Source: Heteronotia binoei
Lineage: Eukaryota
NCBI RefSeq assembly: GCF_032191835.1
Contig: NC_083230.1
Coordinates: 133,176,001 to 133,240,000, forward strand
Direction: 5' to 3'
Length of the DNA: 64,000 nucleotides
Shown here: piece by piece, positions 1 through 10,985 of the stretch
Layout: each line of letters begins with the position of its first letter
Position numbering within the stretch: the first letter of the stretch is position 1
Notes under the pieces: model-generated
Seen by the model: only the letters and a program-made list of their open reading frames with translations
Told to the model about the DNA's origin: nothing
Database searches by the model: none
Program-made: the position numbers and the translations under genes

Positions 1-1150
1 TTAAAAACCTCCAAGGAAGGATAGCCCACCACCTCCCAAGGAGGAAGCCTGTTCCATTGAGGAACCGCCCTAACAGTTAGGAAGTTCTTCCTAATTTTGA
101 GCTGGAAACTCTTTTGATTTAATTTCAACCCATTGGTTCTGATCCAACCTTCTGGGGCAACAGAAAACAATTCTACATTATCTTCTATATAATAGCCCTT
201 CAAGTACCTGAAGATGGTGATCATATCACCTCTCAGTCATCTCCTCTCCAGGCTAAACATCCCCAGCTCCTTCAGCCTTTCCTTGTAGGACTTGGTCTCC
301 AGACCCCTCACCATCTTTGTTGCCCTCCTCTGGACCCGTTCCAGCTTGTCTATATCCTTCTTAAATTGTGGTGCCCAAAACGGAACACGATATTCTAGGT
401 GAGATGTAACCAGAGCAGAGTAAAGCAATACCATCACTTCATGTGATCTGGACACTACACTTCTGTTGATACAGTCTAAAATTGCATTTTCCTTTTTAAA
501 CACCACAACACATTTCTGACTCATGTTCGGTGTATGGTATACTAAGACCTCTAGATCCTTTTCACACATATTGTTGCCAAGACAAGTCTCCCACATCCTA
601 TAATGATGCATTTATTTTTTCCTACCTAAATGCAAAACTTTACATTTTTTCCTGTTAAAATTCATTTTATTAGTTACAGCCCAGTTTTCCAGCCTGTCAA
701 GATCATCCTGTATCCTGACTCAGTCTTCTACTGCATATGCTACCCCTACCAATTAAGCATTCCCTCTATTCCTTTATTCAAATGATTGATAAAGATATCA
801 AACAAAACAGGTCCTAGGACAGATCCTTGAGGCACTTCTCTCCAAGAGGATGAGGAACCATTCACAAGCCCTCTTTGGGTGTGATCTGTCAACCAGTTAC
901 AGATACACCTAACAGTAACAGGATCCAAACCATATTTTACCAACTTGTCAACAAGAATAATATGTGGAACCTTATCAGAAATCTTACTGAAGTCAAGATA
1001 AACTATATCTACAGTATTTCCCTGATCCAGCAAGGTAGAAACTTTGCCAAAAAAAAAAGAGATCAGATTAGTCTGACATGACTTGTTCTTGAGAAACCCA
1101 TGCTGGCTCTTAGTGATCACAGCCATCCTTTCTAAATGCTCAAGGACTGA
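1..1150 (-). mobile_element. CR1 LINE 3' fragment (RT C-terminal half), runs off the window start
   Basis: Minus-strand peptides [54 protein letters not shown]; frameshifted; the FADD motif is deleted near 760. Confidence 0.92.
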
Positions 1151-1217
1151 GCTATACATTCCAGTTTACCATTCCAAATTACATTACATTATATTCTATG
1201 ATTCATTATGTTGCATT

Positions 1218-1389
1218 CAGTGTTCCCTCTAAGCTGCAGAGTCTTGTGAGCAAAAATTCCAGTTTGTGAGCTCCTGGCATTAAAGTTGTGAGCTGCTGCA
1301 TAAATTAGTGAACTCTGGGGTCATCCTTCCTGAGCGAAGACAAAAATGTGTGAGCTAGCTCACGCTAACTCAGCTTAGAGGGAACACTG
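1218..1389. mobile_element. hAT-type MITE, family A
   Basis: Perfect 19-bp TIR CAGTGTTCCCTCTAAGCTG / CAGCTTAGAGGGAACACTG; decayed 8-bp TSD gttgcatt/cttacatt. Confidence 0.85.
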
Positions 1390-2674
1390 CTTACATTACA
1401 GTCTACTCTTCTAATCTATCATTCTAAATAAGAAATAAAATAAAGAGGATATATGGCCTTTTTTGTGTGGTTGGTAAGAATAGAGATATAATGTCTGGAT
1501 GAGTTTAGCATATGTAGTGAGATAAAAAAAAAACAATATTCCTTTAATGTCCTGGGGATTCCATTGTTCTGAGTGTTGTAATAATGTTGTAGTTTGTTCC
1601 TGAAGTTCCTTTGCCATAAAACAGCTACTTTGGGGTCACCCATTGAATGTCCTGGGAGGCTGACATGTTCTCCTGCAGGTTTCTCAGTCTTGTGATTCTT
1701 GTTGTCAGTTTGGACATGGCCACACCCCTCTCTGATTTTGTTCAGGGTTAGGTTTCTCACAGTGCAAGTGTTCATTCGTGTTGCTATGGAATTAGATGGG
1801 AAAAGAGGACTTCAGCCACTAAGGCCTCACTGAAACTCAGAATTGCTGTTGAAAGCCTAATATGTGCTGCAAGTAACACAAAGACAGCGATAATGGATTA
1901 CTGGATATTTATAGGAAATTTCCAGATGTTCCAGGAGGATTTCTGTGTCCATTATCTCTTGTACTCAAATAGATGCAGGGAGTGAGTTTTGATACATGGA
2001 TTTTACTTACTTGTGATCAGTTCAACTATAGTGTTTTGTTTTGAGCTGTTGAATTTTCAGACAATGCAGTTCACTCCAAAAATGTCCAAAATGTATGTGT
2101 TTGTTGATTCACGATGTGTGTAACAAATCCCAAAAGCTGTCTGGAAAAATAGGAACTGCTCAGACAAGGAAGGCACCCGGGGGCAGTCACTTAGAAAGAG
2201 TTCTGAAATGTTGCAGACTCATTTTTAATATGGGCCAGTCGCTGGCTTTGCCTTGCAGCTTTTGAGCCTGTGATGTCAAACACTTGGGCTTGGGCCAGAA
2301 GCAGCAGCGTTCTCAGTTTAAATCTGCCTGGTTTTCCCACTGGCTCGGCTGTCTGCAGCCAGTTTCAGCCTTGCACTTGCAGCCAGAAGTGTCAGGCAAG
2401 ATGTGCTCTGCTCCCTGAAGAATACGGCATCTTTGACACAATAGGAAGTCACCTTGGGAGGGAGGGAAGTGGGGCTTCCGTAGTACCCCAGGCCATGAGG
2501 GATGACTTCTGTGCGGAGTTCTCTGGCTCAGCTGTGTTGGTTGAACCTGGTTTGCAGAATAGCAGCTCCCATCATTGTCACAAGGAAGTGTTCAGACAGG
2601 AGAATGACTTGAAAGGTAACAAGGATTATAAGTAGTAATGTGAAAATCCAAGTCTTTATTTGTTCAGCCAGGTA

Positions 2675-2806
2675 GATGGATCCAGGCGGGCAGCCATGTT
2701 GGTCTGAAGCAACAGAACAAAGTAGGAGTCCAGGAGCACCTTTAAGACCAACAAAGTTTTACTGAGAACGCAAGCCTTCATGTGCTGAAAGCACACTTCA
2801 TCAGTT
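2675..2806 (-). mobile_element. Penelope-like element terminal fragment with degenerate hammerhead core
   Basis: gcacctttaagaccaacaaagtttta...aagccttcatgtgctgaaagcacacttcatcag resembles squamate PLE termini; minus strand reads CTGATGA-A-GTGTGC-tttca-GCACAT-GAAG. Confidence 0.7.
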
Positions 2807-2974
2807 AGACCAAAGATGCCATTTCAGTCAGCATTCCATAGTTCTGGGAAGCTCGCAGACAGGACCTGTTGGAAACGTTCACTCCATATTTGAACATAAC
2901 TAGAGCCTTGCTGGATCAGACCAATGAGGGTCCATCTACATGGGGCTGCCTCCATGCCAAACTCGGAGGCTGCA

Positions 2975-3555
2975 GCTGGGGCAAACACGGTGGCTAGGCT
3001 GCTACTGGGGCTCCTGAAGTGGGAGCACATACAGCCGGGGCTGCGCGGACTGCACTGGTTGCCAGTTACATACCGGATTCGTTACAAAGTGCTGGTTATT
3101 ACCTTTAAAGCCCTATATGGCCGAGGATCTGCCTACCTGAGGGACCGTCTTTCCCCATATGAACCCCAGAGAGCACTGAGGTTAGCAGGGAAGAACCAAC
3201 TGACCATCCCCGGGCCGAAGGAGGCAAAACTGCAGAGTACTTGTATGCGGGCCTTCTGTATTGTAGCTCCACACCTATGGAACCAGCTCCCAGAAGAAGT
3301 GCGGGCCCTGCGGAACCTTGAACATCCCTTTTTGGGATGGCCTTTGCCGATTAAATGACAGAGGGACTCGCCTAAGTGATTTTCGCCATCATGCTTATTG
3401 GAAATAGCACCAGAATGTTAATTTTAAATTATAAATTAGACTGTTTTAAAGCTAAACACTGATTTTAAATACTTATTGTATAATCTATTGTATTGATGTT
3501 GTTAGCCGCCCTGAGCCTGCCTCGGCGGGGAGGGCGGGATATAAATAAAATGTTG
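2975..3555 (+). mobile_element. L2-clade LINE 3' end
   Basis: Peptide LHWLPVTYRIRYKVLVITFKALYG...RAFCIVAPHLWNQLP; 3' UTR gccgccctgagcc...gggcgggatataaataaa. Confidence 0.85.
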
Positions 3556-3559
3556 ATTG

Positions 3560-4480
3560 ATCTAGTCCAGCATCCTATCTCAGATGGCAGCCAACGAGGT
3601 CCTCTGGAGGGCCAACCACAGAGCAGGGAGGTCGAAGCCTTCCCTTCATGTCGACTTTTTCTGGGATTCAGAGGGTCCCCTCAGTCACCATCAGACTCCC
3701 TCTAAGCTGTGGAGTCTCGTGAGCAAAAATTCTACTTCATGAGCTACTGGCATTAAAGTTGTGAGCTACTGCAGAAATCAGTTTACTCTAGAGCCATTTT
3801 TCCTGAGTTAAGACAAAAATGTGTGAGCTGGAGGCTAAAAAACTGTGAGCTGACTCAGCTTAGAGGGAACACTGGTCACCATGGCTCGTAGCCACTGACA
3901 GACGTGTCCTCCATGAATCTGTCTAATCTCCTGGCAGCAAATTCCACATTTTAGTAACTCTGTGTAAAGCAGTATTTCCTTTTATCTGTCCTGAACCTAC
4001 TGCCCGTCAACTTCATCGGATGCCTTTGAGTTCTAGTATTTTGGGAAAGGGAGAAAAATGTCTCTTTTGTCAACTCTCCCCATCCCATGCATAACTTTAT
4101 AAACCTCTGTCATGTCTCCCCCGCCCCTTTGAGTTGTCTCTTTTCTCAGCCAAAAAGTCCAGACTCTTCAGCCTTCCTCACAGGGAAGGTGCTCCATTCC
4201 CTTAAGCATCTTGGTTGCCCTCTTTTGTGTTTTTTCCAGCTCTGCGATGTCCTCCTCGAGATACGGGGACCCAAACTGTAGGCAGTATTCCAAATGAGGC
4301 TGTGCCATAGATCTATACAAGGGCAGTATTATAATACTGGCGTTTTGTTCTCAGTCTCTTTCCTGATGACCCCTAACATGAAGTTGGCCCTTTTCGCTGC
4401 TGCAGCACAGGGGCTTGACACTACTGTGGCCGCAAGATCTTTTCCCTCTCAGTCTCAGCAAGTTTGGTGATGTCTGAACG
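3560..4480 (-). mobile_element. Older CR1 (subfamily B) 3' fragment, interrupted by the MITE at 3692-3874
   Basis: Reverse complement of the CR1 3' UTR (tctagtccagcatcc...ggagggccaac) plus a decayed RT C-terminus. Confidence 0.75.
3692..3874. mobile_element. hAT-type MITE, family A
   Basis: TIRs as in 1218-1389; perfect 8-bp TSD GTCACCAT at 3684-3691 and 3875-3882. Confidence 0.9.
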
Positions 4481-5081
4481 TGACAGTTGCAGCCCTGGCT
4501 GTTCTAGACCGATCTAATGAATAACCATCTCCTCCGTGAACCTGTTTTGTGCTGTGTGCTTCCATAGCATGTTCCCCTGAACCTACGGCTATTCAGTTTC
4601 TGGACTGGTCAAGTGTTAATGCTTCAACACACACAGCAGAAGTACTTCTTGTTAATACTGTTCATGTTGGTCAGGATTTCCTTAAGTGGTTTTGTTTTTG
4701 TTCAGGGTTTCATTTTCAGCCTCTTAAGCTTTTTGTGGTGGAGGGGCTTCATTTCCCATCTTTGAAGGAGGGAGGCTGTTGCAGGGCAGGGCTTTGGTCT
4801 GAGGTCTTGGAGAGGTGTGAGGCTGCTTCCCAGGAGACGCCCTGCCTTCTCCACAGAGGAAGAAGGAAACAAGGGGTGTGGTGACATGACTGCCTTTTCT
4901 TCCTCTGTGCTCTCTTTTGGCTGCCACAGAAGTGAAGGGACTGCAGTTCCTCAAGGTGGGGAGAGGGCCCATGGAGGTGCTGCTTTGAGGGCGCCTCCGC
5001 TGCAGTAATGCCCATCAGTCTCCACATGGGGAGCCTACTCATGTCCCAGGTGGCTGCAGCTGCCCCTGCACACTGGCTAGC

Positions 5082-6324
5082 CAGGGAAAGCCGTCTGGCG
5101 GGGCAGCTGCAGTGTGCGCCCAGCAGGGGCCACCAGCCTGGGCCCTGTTGGCAGTGGGAAGCCATTGGGGAGCCTGGGCACAGGGAGAGCTGTCACTACT
5201 GGTGGCTGGGCTGTTGGCCACTCGGGCACAAGGAAAGCCGTCTGGCGGGGCAGCTGCAGTGTGCGCCCAGCAAGGGCCACCAGCCTGGGCCCTGTTGGCA
5301 GTGGGAAGCCATTGGGGAGCCTGGGCACAGGGAGAGCTGTCACTACTGGTGGCTGGGCTGTTGGCCACTCGGGCACAGGGAAAGCCGTCTGGCGGGGCAG
5401 CTGCAGTGTGCGCAACAAGGGCCACCAGCCGGGGCCCTGTTGGCAGTGGGAAGCCATTGGGGAGCATGGGCACAGGGAGAGCTGTCACTACTGGTGGCTG
5501 GGCTGTTGGCCACTCGGGCACAGGGAAAGCCGTCTGGCGGGGCAGCTGCAGTGTGCGCCCAGCAAGGGCCACCAGCCTGGGCCCTGTTGGCAGTGGGAAG
5601 CCATTGGGGAGCCTGGGCACAGGGAGAGCTGTCACTACTGGTGGCTGGGCTGTTGGCCACTCGGGCACAGGGAAAGCCGTCTGGCGGGGCAGCTGCAGTG
5701 TGCGCAACAAGGGCCACCAGCCGGGGCCCTGTTGGCAGTGGGAAGCCATTGGGGAGCATGGGCACAGGGAGAGCTGTCACTACTGGTGGCTGGGCTGTTG
5801 GCCACTCGGGCACAGGGAAAGCCGTCTGGCGGGGCAGCTGCAGTGTGCGCCCAGCAAGGGCCACCAGCCTGGGCCCTGTTGGCAGTGGGAAGCCATTGGG
5901 GAGCCTGGGCACAGGGAGAGCTGTCACTACTGGTGGCTGGGCTGTTGGCCACTCGGGCACAGGGAAAGCTGTCTGGCGGGGCAGCTGCAGTGTGCGCAAC
6001 AAGGGCCACCAGCCAGGGCCCTGTAGGCTGTGGGAAGCCATTGGGGAGCCCGGGCAGGGAGAGCTGTCACTACTGGTGGCTGGGCTGTTGGCCACTCGGG
6101 CACAGGGAAAGCCGTCTGGCGGGGCAGCTGCAGTGTGCGCCCAGCAAGGGCCACCAGCCTGGGCCCTGTAGGCTGTGGGAAGCCATTGGGGAGCCCGGGC
6201 AGGGAGAGCTGTCACTACTGGTGCCTGGGCTGTTGGCCACTCGGGCACAGGGAAAGCTGTCTGGCGGGGCAGCTGCAGTGTGCGCAACAAGGGCCACCAG
6301 CCAGGGCATTGTAGGCTGTGGGAA
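5082..6324. repeat. GC-rich minisatellite, about 8.5 units of 143-147 bp with A/B dimer structure
   Basis: gcagctgcagtgtgcg recurs at 5103, 5250, 5397, 5542, 5689, 5834, 5981, 6124, 6269. Confidence 0.95.
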
Positions 6325-6418
6325 AGAGGGCTTCAGAAGCTACCGTGTTCCTCCTCTCAGGGATTGGCCGGGCTGTGATGTCATAGTTGTTAGGTGATGC
6401 AATAACCGATGTGCTTTT

Positions 6419-7457
6419 TTAGTTTAAAACAATTTATTATGCTGTAAGATATTGTAATAACACATTATCATTTGTTATTAAGGATTAATACATATACATT
6501 ACATTTTCTCCATCCCTCCCCCCTTTTGGTGACCCCCGGCAGTGTATTTTATTTAAATTGTTAAAAAAAGGTAATAAACTTTATCTATTAAAGAATCTTA
6601 CTTAATAGAAAAAAAACATCAAAAAGAAAAACATTATAATTGTAATCCATTTTCATTGTAGTCTTTTAGGCATTAACAAAAAAAATGAAAAGGATATATT
6701 CCAATAATCTCGCTTTTTTACTATAATCCATTTAAAGTTTCTTTAGAGATTTACCATTGTCAAAAATCGCCAAATATCCTTTAACGTTCCATTGTTTTTC
6801 AACATACTTTTGGAACTTTCCCCACTCATTTTTAAACTTCTCTAAATCTTGTTCTTTTAAGATTCTTGTAAGCTTGTCCATTTTACTCCAAGGCATAACT
6901 TTTAAAGTTCACTCCTACGTTTCTGGTATTTTGTGTTGTTTCCACATCTGCGCATATAATGTCCGTGCAGCTGAAAACATATACCAAATTATTGTTCTGT
7001 CTTGTTTTAAAAATGTTTCCATTTGTAATCCCAACAGAAAAATGTCTGGTGCCTTCTTAATATTATATCCCAAAATTTTCGAAATCTCTTGCTGAATCAT
7101 TTGCCAAAATTGTTTTGCCTTTTCACAAGTCCACCACATACGGTAGAAAGATCCTTCTTGTTTTTTACATTTCCAACATCTATCCGACACCTGATTGTTC
7201 ATTTTTGCCAGTTTCTTAGGTGTCATGTACCACCTATATAAAATGTAAAGCAATTTTCCTTAATTTTATAACATGTAGATATTTTCATAGAGTTCTTCCA
7301 TAAGTGTTCCATGACTCCATCTGTATTTCTTTATTTATATTTATCGCCCATTTTATCATTTGTGATTAACTACTTCATCTTCCGTAGACCATTTCAAGAA
7401 CAGCTTATATGTCTCTGAAATCAGCTTTTCATTTTCCCCAGACAGCATTCTCTCCAA
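6419..7457 (-). mobile_element. 5'-truncated L1 (ORF2 C-terminus + 3' UTR + short A tail)
   Basis: Peptide [25 protein letters not shown]...YRWYMTPKKL...RCWKCKKQEGSFYRMWWTC; 19-bp TSD caataaccg(a/g)tgtgctttt at 6400-6418 and 7458-7476. Confidence 0.92.
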
Positions 7458-7513
7458 CAATAACCGGTGTGCTTTTGTTGCCTTGGCCTTGCAGGCAGGC
7501 ACGTGTGCTCACC

Positions 7514-7740
7514 ATGTTCTGGAAATTTGATGTGAACACGACGTCGCATGTTGACAAGCTGCTGGCCAAGCCGGATGTGACGCTGCGTGAGCTGATGGAT
7601 GAAGATGACCTTCTGCAGGAGTGCAGAGCGCAGAACCGCAAGCTGGTGGACTTCCTGTGTCAGCAGCCCTGCCTGGAGGAGCTGGGCAGCCTCATCACTC
7701 ACGAGCCACCCCTGGACATGGACGAGAAGGTCCGCTTCAA
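7514..7740 (+). CDS. PPP6R2: PPP6R2 coding exon 1 (227 nt; MFWKFD...KVRFK)
   Basis: ACC-ATG at 7514; tandem acceptors ttgcAG(7494)gcAG(7498); donor AA|gtaggt at 7741. Confidence 0.96.
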
Positions 7741-10700
7741 GTAGGTCACTCATGGCCTGGCAGGGGAGAGCCCTAAAACCAGCTGGGGATGCAGAAATAA
7801 TCCATAAAGCCAGCAGAAAACTGCTCCCGCAATAGTCTCAACGCCCCAGGGTCTTGCCTGTCTCCAAAAAGATGCCCAAGTCAAAGCCAAGTGGGCTCGT
7901 TGAGGGAGGCATCGCCCCAGCAGTGGAAGTCCCTGTTCCTACTGAATGCCACGTTAGTGTCCATGTTTAGCAGAGCCTCAGTGCCTGATCTCTGCGCCTG
8001 TAGCAGTGGTGGAGAAAGATGCTCCTTGAGATATCCAAGGCCGAGGCAGTTCATGCCTCCTGTAAGTCAGAAACCAGAGCCTCACACTGAGTTTGGTGGA
8101 TGTTGCGCGCCTGCCACTTTGCCTCAGTTAAGCAGAATAAGCCAGAGTCTCTGGGAAGCAGCACGTGAGACCCACTGGGCTTCAGGTGGGGGAGGGGGGG
8201 ATGGGGGCGCCCTGTGGGGCTGGGAATGGTGGGCAGGGTCAGTGGCTGTTTGGGTCCTTATTGTGCTTACCCTTCACTAAGGTACGTTTTCAAGTCAGTT
8301 TAATACAAGTTAAATAAAGACACCAGGGGTGGCCAATGGTAGCTCTCCAGATGTTTTTTTGCCTACAACTCCCATCAGCTCCAGCCAGCATGGCCAATGG
8401 CTGGGGCTGATGGGAGTTGTAGGCAAAAAACATCTGGAGAGCTACCGTTGGTCACCCCCGATATACACACTATATAGAACATTTCAAATAATACAATTCA
8501 GAGTCAATACAGGAATAATACAGTAAGGTCACTCTTCAGTTTAAAGCTGAAATGACTGACTGGTGGAATAAACATATTTCCACTTGCCTCCAGAGTGAGC
8601 CCAAGGGAGGGCAGAACCAAGCCGTCTCTTAAGGGAGGAGTGTGTTCCGCACCAGACTGGATGAAGCCGAGCCCCTTACCTTTGGTGGGTTTTAGAGGGC
8701 AGCCTGACCCAGGCTGTACAGTCCCTGAAAGGAGAAAGCCAACAGTTTGAATCTGGCTTGGAAGTGCGTTTGTCAGAGTTGGTGTGTTGTTCTCGCTAGC
8801 TCAGCCGTCTTCTCCGGCTGGCAGGGGGGCAAAGTGTCCTGATGGTTTTCAAAGGCAGTTCCACATCAAGCATGTCCCAGCACTCCAGCCTGGCCTGGGC
8901 CAGCAAAGCTCAGCCTTCCAAGAGTGTTGATTCCATTTCCCTCAGATTGCAGGCAGGCATTGCTGGTTGTTTAAGAAACCACTGTGTGTGCATAGACTGG
9001 TGGATGAAAATGTAAGGCACGCTGAAACCTTATGGCTTAATGCTAGCTGCTCTGGGGACTAGGGGAGAACATAGTAAGACGCTTTTCAAATGAGATGGAA
9101 TTGAAGGCGAGGGAGAGGACGGAGACGTGTCTCAGGGACGGCACTGGAGATCAGCTCTCCTTGAGAAGGGGAGGGGGCATCGCTCCAGGGAGAGCCACGT
9201 CCAGCAGCCTTCTGTGCAGGGCTCCCCCCTGCGGGAGGGCAGGTGCTCTCTGGATGAGGCAGCTGAAGCCAAGTGAGTCTAGTGCCACTGCCAGTGCGAG
9301 AGACCAAGGAAGCCTTCAGGGATGCTGTTGTGGTCCCAGGGACACGTGCTCTCCCTCCCAGGGCAGGTTTATTGCAGAGGAATGGCCGCTGGGCCCAAGG
9401 GCTGTGTTTGTGGCTTAGCTGATGCAGACCAAAGCCTTCTCCATCTTCTGGCTTTCACAGATGCAGCTTGTGCTACCGCAAATTGGCTTGCCCCAGAATT
9501 ACCCCAGGGCTTTTTGTCACAATGAGATCTTAAGTCAAGCTGCAGCTTTCCTCTTTCGGAAAAGACCAGATTGCTTCCATAACCCCCCCCCCCCCCAAAT
9601 CTGGGAGTACATGTTCCACGGAGGAAGATTTTAGGGTTTTAATTTAAACTATTTATTGTGCCTCTTTCTGTTGTCAGGCTCCCTGAGTCCTGTGTGCAGG
9701 GGAGAGGCGACCAAGTGAATCCAACCCAAGAAATAAGAAATAACTTTCCCCCGTGTGGTGTGATTTGTGGCTGCTTCAGAATGAATGAGGGCGGGGGGGG
9801 GGGGGGCTCATGGCCAGAGTGGCTGCACCGGCTTCCTTCCTCTGCTCTGCTGTAATTCGCACAGGTATCCCAATACGGCTTGTGAACTGCTGACCTCAGA
9901 CGTGCCACAGATCAACGACAAGCTTGGGGGGGATGAGACATTACTGAACATCCTCTATGACTTCCTGGACCAGGAGCCCCCCCTGAACCCCTTGCTGGCC
10001 AGTTTCTTCAGCAAGACCATGGGCAACCTCATTGCGAGGAAAACGGAGCAGGTGAGTGTCAGTCCCTTTGCTCCTCTTGTGACTGTTCCCCCGGAAGTGG
10101 GCTGCCTGGCTCTCTGCTGATGCTGCTGCTCTGTGTGGCAGGCAACTCATGCTGTCTTTCATCCTTCCAGGTGATTTCATTTTTGCGGAAGAAAGCCACG
10201 TTTCTTGACCTGGTGCTGAAGCACATGGATACGTCCGCCATGATGGACCTTCTCCTGCGACTCATCAGCTGCGTGGAGCCCGCTCAGCTGCGGCAGGAAG
10301 TGCTCAGTGTGAGGGATGGGTCGCTTTTGGGGGTGTGCCAGAGGAGGAGACTAGAACTCTTCCTGGAGGAGTTGCTTTCCCCCTTCAGGCTTCTGGCCAG
10401 ACTCCGCTCCGGCTGCTTCCAAAGCCAAGGCTTGCCAGGGCAGGGCTCTGCAGGGTCCGCAGCCAGACAGGTTCTTCCCCACTTGGCCAAATGGGGGGAC
10501 CCTCCGTGACCTCAGGCAGCTTCCAGGCTGTAATGGGACAAACAGAAGGGAGAGGTGGTCTTGGTTCCCCTCAGCTGTATCAAGGCCTGGCACTGTGTGA
10601 GGCAGGATATTAAGTGATACAGAATATAACTGGGAGATCTGTGCAGTTTGTGTTTTTATGTTGGTCCAGATCACTGTCCTGTTTTGGAGTGAGAGGGAAG

Positions 10701-10953
10701 GCCCTGGGGGATAGTTGTCTTTGCTGCAGTGTTTAGTTTTTTGGGATGAATGATCTACAGCTGTTGCTTGCAGACTATGTTTCCTTTCCTGTAGTGTGTG
10801 CGTTGTCTCTGTTTTGTGGCACACTAGTCTTTGTTGGGATGGCATGGCGGGGAGACAGTGGCATCAGGTTGTCTTTTCCCTAGTGTGTGTGTGTGTATGC
10901 GCACATGCATGTGTGTTGGATGAGGTGGCCGCTGGTCTCTTCCAGCTGGGCTC

Positions 10954-10985
<32 letters not shown>

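Noticed and set aside
1400-2250. AT-rich block with 118-aa and 68-aa minus-strand ORFs, possibly a decayed coding relic
   Set aside because: No family motif recognised and stops occur in all frames; needs tBLASTx to say more.
5008-6397. Long ORFs (387, 427, 304, 315 aa) on both strands
   Set aside because: Products of the GC-rich 146-bp tandem array; the peptides are repetitive, open in several frames and have no domain.
1-7400. PPP6R2 promoter or non-coding exons
   Set aside because: No CpG island or convincing exon found; they probably lie upstream of the window.
7491-7498. Tandem acceptor gcAGgcAG at the first coding exon
   Set aside because: Real, but only shifts 4 nt of 5' UTR with no coding effect.
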